This document shows positions 1 through 7,137 of a stretch of 64,000 bases of DNA, piece by piece. The notes below the pieces were generated by a model. The model was not told the origin of the DNA, ran no database searches, and worked only from the letters and a program-made list of their open reading frames with translations. A program made the position numbers and the translations under genes. How positions within the stretch are numbered: position 1 is the first letter of the stretch; every line of letters starts with the position of its first letter. This DNA is from a virus, in IMG/VR virus record IMGVR_UViG_3300025834_000005. One strand, 5' to 3'.

Positions 1-1752
1 AATAGCATTGTTAATGATCGTTATTTCGCCTGTAGAGGTGTTAGTAATTGCTTGTGAAACTGGATTTACAGAATAAACTCCGCCAACCTTATTATAAATT
101 TTCATACTTATAACATTGTTAACGCCGCTAATATTATTTATAGTGTTGTTTAGTTTACCTAAGAATATATCCTCATTCATTTCATGATCATTTATATTAA
201 AATATGTTGTAACTGCGTTAATAATATTGTTAGCGATCTGATTATCTGATAACGTATTAACGTAAACATCAATATCAATAGCTAAATTGTATATTCTGCC
301 ATCCTTTATCTCAACATAATCGTTAACCATTCTAAACCCACTTAAATACTCAGCAATATTCTCCTTTAAGATGGTGTTACTGGTGTTAGATAATTTACCG
401 TCAGAACCAATTCCGATCATACTTGCAACAACCTTATTATTTAATTCATAAACATTTACCCTAAATGGTGAACCGAATTTTCCAGACATCTTATATAATT
501 GAACAGCATAATCGGATAATCCGACACATCTATTCTGACCTGAATAATTATATCTTACAAGTTCCCTTATCTGTTCTATCGATAATCCGTCATTACCGCC
601 TATGGCTGCTATTGGGTTATTAACCTTTAAGCTCTTTGAAACAGCTGTATTAAAGTCTTGACGTGATCCATTTGATTTTAAATTGTATGAGCCAAGCTGA
701 TTTAAAGCACTTGCACCAATATTCGTATCTGAACCACCGCCTGATCTAAACTTAACATATAATGTGTAGTTTTCTTTTAGTTTATCGCCAAGAGCTGTGT
801 TGTTGAGGAAATTATCGAGAAAACTCTTATTAGTAACGCCATTTTTTATGAATCCATTTTTAAATGTATCGACGTCGCTATCACCAGAACCGAAAATAAT
901 TCTGCAATAGCCGTCAGATGTAAATTCCTTAATAAATTTCTTATTAATGTCAATCCACATTCCATTCTTTATATCGCCAGTAGATATACTACTATTCTCA
1001 ACAAATATTTTTGGCTGGGCTAAATACTCAACTTCATAATATCTAAATAAGCCAATTGCATCGCCGCTATTAAACTCGTCATTTGTTGGGTTGCTTGGGT
1101 TTGACGTTCCTTCCTTTAATATTATGCTCTCAATTTCGATAATGTCTCTATCAGGTAATGTTACACTGAAAAATGGCACAACGTCAGAGCTATTTATAAC
1201 CCTTTTAAACACTGTTGTTGATCCGTTGATGACTATCTCCCTTTTTGTAATGTTGTAGCTAATTATATTGCCATTTGTGTCGTAATTAGGTATGATCGAT
1301 CTATTAGGGTCACCTAAATTGCTAATTGGCGAACTCCAATCAATAACATCCTGTGTTTCGAATATCTTACCGCCACCCATAATTTGAGCACCTATAGCCA
1401 GAGTTGGGTAATACGATGCATCGGGTTTATCACCCAATACAGGGACATCAACCGAAAAATCGACAATGGTGACTGATGGTCTTTTATTTGGAATATTAAA
1501 TCCCATATTTTTAGCGATATCAATCATAGATTTTCTCAACTGTGCATTCTCAAGAGTAGTTTCCTGATATGCCCTATCAATGTTCATCGATAGGTTATTA
1601 TTAACACCAGCATTAATATCTATAAGCATTGCGCCAACACTCGAATCCATAAAATCACTAAGCACTTCGGGATATTGTTGTTTTATGTATGCTATTAAAT
1701 CGGTTTTGATATCGCCAAATGTTTTACTTGAATATCTTATAATATTTGTCAT
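1..1752 (-). CDS. Baseplate wedge protein, gp6 / Baseplate_J-like (partial; C-terminus lies beyond the window edge)
   Basis: Hand translation of the minus strand from the ATG at 1752 gives MTNIIRYSSKTFGDIKTDLIAYIKQQYPEVLSDFMDSSVGAMLIDINAGV... The frame stays open to position 1 (about 584 codons). The later stretch ...AAIGGNDGLSIEQIRELVRYNYSGQNRCVGLSDYAV... is typical of the Baseplate_J family. It sits directly downstream of a gp25-like gene. It is missing from the ORF track because no stop codon falls inside the window. Confidence 0.75.
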   Translation of the reverse strand, partial: MTNIIRYSSKTFGDIKTDLIAYIKQQYPEVLSDFMDSSVGAMLIDINAGVNNNLSMNIDRAYQETTLENAQLRKSMIDIAKNMGFNIPNKRPSVTIVDFSVDVPVLGDKPDASYYPTLAIGAQIMGGGKIFETQDVIDWSSPISNLGDPNRSIIPNYDTNGNIISYNITKREIVINGSTTVFKRVINSSDVVPFFSVTLPDRDIIEIESIILKEGTSNPSNPTNDEFNSGDAIGLFRYYEVEYLAQPKIFVENSSISTGDIKNGMWIDINKKFIKEFTSDGYCRIIFGSGDSDVDTFKNGFIKNGVTNKSFLDNFLNNTALGDKLKENYTLYVKFRSGGGSDTNIGASALNQLGSYNLKSNGSRQDFNTAVSKSLKVNNPIAAIGGNDGLSIEQIRELVRYNYSGQNRCVGLSDYAVQLYKMSGKFGSPFRVNVYELNNKVVASMIGIGSDGKLSNTSNTILKENIAEYLSGFRMVNDYVEIKDGRIYNLAIDIDVYVNTLSDNQIANNIINAVTTYFNINDHEMNEDIFLGKLNNTINNISGVNNVISMKIYNKVGGVYSVNPVSQAITNTSTGEITIINNAI

Positions 1753-1766
1753 TGTATATTTTTATA

Positions 1767-2159
1767 TTAAAATTTTAATGTTAGGGTATCGGGTTCTGAA
1801 AATGTATCGTCCATATACACGAAGCTGATATTAACAACTATCTGGTCATCGCTGAGAGAATTATCTGTGTCTGATCTTGAAAATGTCACACTCTTAATTG
1901 TTATATTCGGCATGTATTTGGATACAGTCCTTTTTATTTCCTCCAGAATATCTGTCGCTGTTGTGTCGTCATTAGGCTCAAACAAATATTTTTCTAAGTT
2001 TGTGCCATAGTCTGAATCATAATATCTCTCGCCTTTTTGGGTTAACAGTAATAACATTAAATCGGAAGTATACGCATCCTTTGTCACTCTGTTTAATTCA
2101 AAAAAGGTATTAGTAATATTATTATCAATAATTGGAAATTTTATGTTATATGCACCCAT
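1767..2159 (-). CDS. Baseplate wedge protein, gp25 / GPW-like
   Basis: 130 aa. The pattern LLLLTQKGERYYDSDYGTNLEKYLFEPND...ILEEIKRTVSKYMPNITIKSVTF matches the gp25/GPW signature (T..GER....fG..l..llFep). GTATTTATAT motif upstream; followed by the J-like gene. Confidence 0.8.
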   Translation of the reverse strand: MGAYNIKFPIIDNNITNTFFELNRVTKDAYTSDLMLLLLTQKGERYYDSDYGTNLEKYLFEPNDDTTATDILEEIKRTVSKYMPNITIKSVTFSRSDTDNSLSDDQIVVNISFVYMDDTFSEPDTLTLKF

Positions 2160-2171
2160 TCAATAGTTTTT

Positions 2172-2181
2172 ATATAAATAC
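2172..2181 (-). promoter_or_regulatory. Phage-specific (late-type) promoter motif GTATTTATAT
   Basis: Exact 10-mer in the gene orientation, 12 nt upstream of the gp25-like ATG and directly after a hairpin plus T9 terminator. Confidence 0.6.
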
Positions 2182-2190
2182 AAACAAAAA

Positions 2191-2219
2191 AAAATCCTAA
2201 TTCATTGAATTAGGATTTT
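2191..2219 (-). terminator. Intrinsic terminator (hairpin + T9)
   Basis: The minus strand reads ATCCTAATTC-aat-GAATTAGGAT followed by TTTTTTTTT. It lies between the stop of 2244-2708 and the late motif at 2172. Confidence 0.7.
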
Positions 2220-2243
2220 TCGATATTTTTAAACTATTTACGA

Positions 2244-2708
2244 TCAAGCTTTTGGTTTACGACCACGTTTAATGCCCTTTTCGGCTTTTAACTGTGTTTC
2301 TTCGTCACGAATTTTATCATAAACGCTTTTTACAGACTCTTTGAATGTGATAACCTTGTCGTCACCAAATTTCTTTAAGACACCTGTAAATGTGGTAAAG
2401 TCTGGTTTGTTAAGCGAAACAGCGTCAGTGTCGGATACTGATACACCTGCCAAGCATTCATGCAATGCGATTTTCTGAAATTCAGGAGTTAACATATCAA
2501 ATGCTTTTTCGTTAATAACGATAGCAAAATCGACGCCCTCTGATAACAATACTACTAAATCATTATTTCTAACGATTTTGGTAAGTTCTTTCTGAGTTAC
2601 ATTACAAAGTAACTTAAACACTAACCAACTTGGTAAAGAAGTTTCCTCAACCACCGAATCGAACAATTGTTCTAATTCATCACTTGCTTTTTCAAAATGT
2701 GTTGCCAT
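2244..2708 (-). CDS. Hypothetical early protein with a C-terminal AT-hook; possible degenerate phage-metallopeptidase-like fold
   Basis: 154 aa. The C-terminus GIKRGRKPKA is an AT-hook (RGRKP). The stretch ...FQKIALHECLAGVS...KPDFTTFTGVLKKFG loosely resembles the putative phage metallopeptidase family but lacks an intact HExxH. A host-type promoter lies upstream and a terminator downstream. Confidence 0.35.
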   Translation of the reverse strand: MATHFEKASDELEQLFDSVVEETSLPSWLVFKLLCNVTQKELTKIVRNNDLVVLLSEGVDFAIVINEKAFDMLTPEFQKIALHECLAGVSVSDTDAVSLNKPDFTTFTGVLKKFGDDKVITFKESVKSVYDKIRDEETQLKAEKGIKRGRKPKA

Positions 2709-2741
2709 ACAAATATATATAATTATTAAAATTTAACGATA

Positions 2742-2749
2742 CAAAAGTA
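2742..2749 (-). promoter_or_regulatory. Host-type Bacteroidota -7 promoter box (TACTTTTG = TAnnTTTG) with TTTG 19 nt upstream
   Basis: The minus strand reads gcTTTGatttgagataaatttattaTACTTTTGta. The box lies about 33 nt upstream of the ATG at 2708. Confidence 0.5.
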
Positions 2750-2767
2750 TAATAAATTTATCTCAAA

Positions 2768-3217
2768 TCAAAGCATTTTTTCATATTTATCTTTAATTTC
2801 AAGTAAAGATGTTTGAAACTCTTTGCCACCATTCTCTAAATCAGGTGTTAACGACTCAATATAAGCTAATATATTTTTTACCATTTCAATGACATTGGCT
2901 TTGGCTAAGTCAATCGCAGCGATTTCCTGTGTAAGATCATCGTCCATTTGAAATGCCTGAGCAAGTCTTGACAACGCAGCATCAGCATCCTGTAATTTCT
3001 TAATCTCTGCCTCATATGATACGCTTGCGGCATTAGCCGTAGCAGCATCCACTGCTGGTAGATTTTTCTGAATAGTTTCAAGCTTCTCTTTAATCTGCTC
3101 AAGATTGCCTAATTTACTCTCCGACAACTCAGCTATTTTATTTATATTCGCTGCTGATTTCGAATTGAAATCACCCTTTTCTAAGGACTCTTTCAAATTA
3201 TCTAAAAAATAACTCAT
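2768..3217 (-). CDS. Hypothetical coiled-coil protein
   Basis: 149 aa, helical heptad-rich sequence (LEQIKEKLETIQKNL..., ...EIKKLQDADAALSRLAQ). No enzymatic motif. Confidence 0.5.
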   Translation of the reverse strand: MSYFLDNLKESLEKGDFNSKSAANINKIAELSESKLGNLEQIKEKLETIQKNLPAVDAATANAASVSYEAEIKKLQDADAALSRLAQAFQMDDDLTQEIAAIDLAKANVIEMVKNILAYIESLTPDLENGGKEFQTSLLEIKDKYEKML

Positions 3218-3658
3218 TTATTTTAAAAAGTTTTTTACTAATTTATATGCGTCATAATCGAAATCAACATTAGGGCATTGATTCAAATCTATTAATTTAA
3301 CATTCATATCACACTCAAGTTCCATAAATGTTGTATAGTCCGCATATAAATCCGTATGCTTTTTCTTATCCTCTTCGGACAAATTTTCAAAACCTAAACG
3401 GAATCGTGCCTCAATTGATTTATCAATCGTATCTAATTCTTTTCCGATATTTTCATCAGCAAACTTAAAAATTGCCTTTTCAAGGTTTTTCAATTCTGGC
3501 GATATACTTTTCTCGATAGACGCAATCTCCTTTGATATAATCTCTTCTATTTCATTCAATTTTTTACTGTAATAGGTGTTTGAAATTTTATTCACCCTAC
3601 CATAAGCGATTAATTTACTAAAATCATCGCTAAGCGTTTTCACATCATTATATTTCAT
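3218..3658 (-). CDS. Hypothetical coiled-coil protein
   Basis: 146 aa. Abuts the neighbouring gene (stop and start adjacent). Charged helical repeats. Confidence 0.5.
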   Translation of the reverse strand: MKYNDVKTLSDDFSKLIAYGRVNKISNTYYSKKLNEIEEIISKEIASIEKSISPELKNLEKAIFKFADENIGKELDTIDKSIEARFRLGFENLSEEDKKKHTDLYADYTTFMELECDMNVKLIDLNQCPNVDFDYDAYKLVKNFLK

Positions 3659-3659
3659 A

Positions 3660-4598
3660 TTATCTTACCTCTTTTATTTCTTTTACCATGAACTTAAACA
3701 CATCATAAATGTTATCGTCATTCTTATCTTTAGTTGTGATTCTCTTTACAAAGCTATGGATTTTATAGCCTATAAGTTTACCATAAGTATCCTTTACAAA
3801 CACTTGATCAATATTTATAAGGTCTTTAACTATTTTAGAGTCATCAGCAAGTTTAATCGAGCCGTATTTAGCTGGTATGAAAAATTCAAGCCTAAGCAAT
3901 TCGCTCCCAATTGTTTTCACATGCATAATCTCTGTCAGCTGTTCAATCTTATTCAATGTTTCGGTTTCCCTGAGACATTTTATAGGGAATTCAAGTTGTT
4001 TGGATAATGTTGGGGCGTCATTTAGGATGAATTTATCAGCTTCAACTTCTGTCATAATATCCACAGATTTTGAGAATCCGATTTCAAACGGAGTATTATT
4101 ATAAATATACTCAATCTGATATTCATCGTCATCTGTTCGTCTATCATTATACTCGCCGTTTATAACCTCTTCAAGGGTTTTGCCTGAATTCTTGTTTTTT
4201 TCATCGAAAAAACCAAAATGTTCATATCTACGACCCCATTTATCCTTTTTACCGAAATTCATACCATGACGGTCAGTTGCCGCTGCAACCTGAAAAGGTG
4301 TGGATTTCTTTCTAAATTCATCGCTTTTCTTTAGAATCTCGTAGTACTCTTTAGTGTATTTCTCGTCCTCAGTACCATTATAGAACGATTCAAGTGTGTT
4401 ATTTCTATGACGATGTCTTTGTATCTTTTTATAACCCTCAGATACAGCGTGATCGATTGGTTTAAAAATTAGCTCATCGGCATAGCTTAATGCCATGCCG
4501 ATTCTAATTGCTATACTGTAAAATATATTTCTAATCCAATTAATCATTTTTTGTTGCGATTTTTTTATAAATCTCGACTCGTTTATTTGTAACGTCAA
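3660..4598 (-). CDS. Hypothetical protein with an N-terminal hydrophobic segment
   Basis: 312-aa ORF. The alternative start at 4547 (MINWIRNIFYSIAIRIG...) would give an ATGATTAA overlap with the upstream glycosyltransferase stop, instead of a 59-nt overlap. Confidence 0.5.
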   Translation of the reverse strand: MTLQINESRFIKKSQQKMINWIRNIFYSIAIRIGMALSYADELIFKPIDHAVSEGYKKIQRHRHRNNTLESFYNGTEDEKYTKEYYEILKKSDEFRKKSTPFQVAAATDRHGMNFGKKDKWGRRYEHFGFFDEKNKNSGKTLEEVINGEYNDRRTDDDEYQIEYIYNNTPFEIGFSKSVDIMTEVEADKFILNDAPTLSKQLEFPIKCLRETETLNKIEQLTEIMHVKTIGSELLRLEFFIPAKYGSIKLADDSKIVKDLINIDQVFVKDTYGKLIGYKIHSFVKRITTKDKNDDNIYDVFKFMVKEIKEVR

Positions 4599-5910
4599 TC
4601 AAATTGAAAGCAGTTTTAAAGTCGTTATGCAGTTGAGTTCCTAACTTCTCTCTAAGGTCTTTATCGAGAATAAGTCTCTTTAAATACTTAGCCCAAAATT
4701 TATTTGAGTTCTTTTGCGATGGAATCAAAATACAATTCTCCATATGTCTGCCATCAACATTATATGTTGGAATATCACTACATACAATTGGTAAACCCCT
4801 TGTCCAACACTCAACCTGTTTAAGATTCGATTTCATTCTGTTAAACAGGTTATCGGCTAATGGTGCTATAACAATATCTGTCTCATTTAACACATTTGCA
4901 TAAACATTAACCTTTTGAGTCCATCTTCTTGCATAATTACCCTCATTAGGATAGGTGTGATTCCTATCATATTTTTTCAAAAATGATAGATATTCCTTAT
5001 CCTTAATAATTCTATTATTATCTGTCAATATTTCCTCATAAAGATAATACGATGATTCTTGAGGTGTGATAGGTCTTTCTGTTTTCACAAAAACATTTTC
5101 AGGATACTTATCCCTTAATTCTTGTGGTAACTCATTAATATCAGAAATATCACCCTTATTAGCATTAATAAGCTTAATAATCTTATTATTATATAATTTA
5201 CGTTCTTGAAGTTCTTTACCGAATTCCTGATTGAATTTAATATCGGTTTGATTGCCATTAATGTCCCAGCCAGCCAAAATGATCTTAAACTTATCCTTTG
5301 TCAAGGAATCAGCATTTAAAATGTTTACCACGCCATTTAATTGAGTTAAATCGCCATGATGTGAAGAGCCACCCATATAAGTTATTCTGATTTTACCATC
5401 AGGGTCGGGTGTCCTGTTATTAACAAATTGATCCATAGATGTTGGGTCAACTGAATTAGGAATCACAAATACATTATCCTTTCCACTTAATTTTCGCAAT
5501 TCGACAGCGAATAATTCAGTTGTCGTTGTGACATAATCAGCATTCTTTACAGCAAGTTCGATATACTGTTGAAGTCTGTTATGTATATAAAAGTCATGCA
5601 AAGGATGTGATTCGGGTAATTGCCAGAAGTCATCAACGTCTAATATAAGTACAGTACCAGCTTCTTTTAAAGCCTTACGGAAACTTGGGTATTTTCTTGG
5701 GTTATATAATTCTTTATGATAATGAATTATATCAAACGACGTAAGATAATCTATAATGTTTGGTTCTTCAAAATTAATATTAGGATTAATTTCTACTATA
5801 AACTCATCACTATGATTTCTATCAACCTCCATTGCTGGGGTCAGGGTTCTATAATAATTAATGCCTGCGACATCGGTATTATAAAACAGTATTTTTAGCT
5901 TTTTTTCCAT
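4540..5910 (-). CDS. Glycosyltransferase, GT-B fold (GT1/GT4-like)
   Basis: 456 aa. The C-terminal nucleotide-sugar binding pattern ...DIVIAPLADNLFNRMKSNLKQVECWTRGLPIVCSD resembles the GT1 E/K..E..a.G.P.v motif. Two Rossmann-like halves. Confidence 0.6.
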   Translation of the reverse strand: MEKKLKILFYNTDVAGINYYRTLTPAMEVDRNHSDEFIVEINPNINFEEPNIIDYLTSFDIIHYHKELYNPRKYPSFRKALKEAGTVLILDVDDFWQLPESHPLHDFYIHNRLQQYIELAVKNADYVTTTTELFAVELRKLSGKDNVFVIPNSVDPTSMDQFVNNRTPDPDGKIRITYMGGSSHHGDLTQLNGVVNILNADSLTKDKFKIILAGWDINGNQTDIKFNQEFGKELQERKLYNNKIIKLINANKGDISDINELPQELRDKYPENVFVKTERPITPQESSYYLYEEILTDNNRIIKDKEYLSFLKKYDRNHTYPNEGNYARRWTQKVNVYANVLNETDIVIAPLADNLFNRMKSNLKQVECWTRGLPIVCSDIPTYNVDGRHMENCILIPSQKNSNKFWAKYLKRLILDKDLREKLGTQLHNDFKTAFNLIDVTNKRVEIYKKIATKND

Positions 5911-5991
5911 AATTAAATAATATTGTATCTTTATTGCAAAGTAACAATATTATTTTGACATAACAAAGCGTTTTCTAAAGAAATATAATAA

Positions 5992-6306
5992 TTATCGTAT
6001 TTTTTTAGTTATTGATGGTTTTTCAACAACCACAGGCTCCACAGGTACTAACTGTTTATAAACAGTACTAACATTTGATAACATTTCAGACCTACTGGCT
6101 TCGGATACAGATATCATATTCTTAGCTCTTAGCTTATGAATTGATATGGGTAATGCGCTTATTTCAATAAATAATGTTTCGCCAGCATTTAATGGTTTAC
6201 TCTGTTTCTCCATGTTATTCACATAATCAATTAATACAAGACTATTAAATCCTTGCTGTCTCTTATCAATTTTATTCGTTGTATTTGTAATTTTATATAT
6301 TCCCAT
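5992..6306 (-). CDS. Hypothetical protein
   Basis: 104-aa ORF in the co-directional gene array. No motif recognised. Confidence 0.45.
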   Translation of the reverse strand: MGIYKITNTTNKIDKRQQGFNSLVLIDYVNNMEKQSKPLNAGETLFIEISALPISIHKLRAKNMISVSEASRSEMLSNVSTVYKQLVPVEPVVVEKPSITKKIR

Positions 6307-6317
6307 AGCTTTTTTTT

Positions 6318-7112
6318 TTAAAATCCTTGTATTAATATTTCACCGTATTTGATTCCATCAAATCCATATTTTTTAGCCTTTTCAGCGATTGCTTTACATT
6401 TCAAATTAAACTCACTAATATTATTCTCTTGTGAAATAGCATTAAAGTTTACATGAGGAAACCATATCCTCGCTAATACATCCACAGGATTCTGACTGCT
6501 TTTATAAGAGACACCCAATTTATCAGTATCTAAAATATTGTCGAACTCAATTTCATATTTTTTCATACCCTCTTTAGGTGATAATGTGAAAAAATTGCCG
6601 TTAGTTGAATTATCCTTAAAATTATCTTTACGATAACCTATAAGTTTAACAACGTTCATCGAATCGCCGTCAATATCAGCCTCCTCAATAGTACCCTCAA
6701 TAGAATCTAAAAAACTATTCGGAACATTGCTATTCTCAGCTTCCTTTTGTTGATCGTAATCATATATATCCTGTATTTTATTTAAAAGTCTACAAGCATT
6801 TTTATGATCAAGGTCTACAAGTACGGCTTTAATAGTTTTCTTACCAGCATATAGCGACTTAACAAGTCTATGATGACCATCGAGAACGAATAATTCATTA
6901 TTAATCCAAATAGGATTTTCATCGTCATCGATATTTGCATCATCAACCTCATGTGAAAAAGTAATACCCTGTAAAGCTTTTAATATTGAAGGATTGATGT
7001 CAATAATTCTACCGTTCACCCCTTCAGCACCAAGTTTATCGATAACGATATCAAATGGAGCATTTACTTGAGGTAAATACGATGGTCTATGTTGCATGTC
7101 TATTGTACTCAT
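6318..7112 (-). CDS. ParB-like nuclease (ParB/Srx N-terminal) domain protein
   Basis: 264 aa. ...LFVLDGHHRLVKSLYAG... contains the DGHHR signature of the ParB/sulfiredoxin fold. It lies directly downstream of the polyvalent protein gene. Confidence 0.6.
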   Translation of the reverse strand: MSTIDMQHRPSYLPQVNAPFDIVIDKLGAEGVNGRIIDINPSILKALQGITFSHEVDDANIDDDENPIWINNELFVLDGHHRLVKSLYAGKKTIKAVLVDLDHKNACRLLNKIQDIYDYDQQKEAENSNVPNSFLDSIEGTIEEADIDGDSMNVVKLIGYRKDNFKDNSTNGNFFTLSPKEGMKKYEIEFDNILDTDKLGVSYKSSQNPVDVLARIWFPHVNFNAISQENNISEFNLKCKAIAEKAKKYGFDGIKYGEILIQGF

Positions 7113-7137
7113 GATTATAAATAGTTACTTTTTAAAT

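Noticed and set aside
1580-1828. 82-aa plus-strand ORF spanning the junction between the gp6/J-like and gp25-like genes
   Set aside because: It overlaps two well-supported minus-strand baseplate genes and has a hydrophobic, low-information sequence. It is spurious.
5915-5955. 12-bp AT-rich inverted repeat (AAATAATATTGT ... ACAATATTATTT) just upstream of the GT-B gene start, considered as a terminator or translational hairpin
   Set aside because: The stem is almost entirely A/T, the loop is 17 nt, and there is no U-tract. Stability is doubtful and such palindromes are frequent in DNA of this composition.
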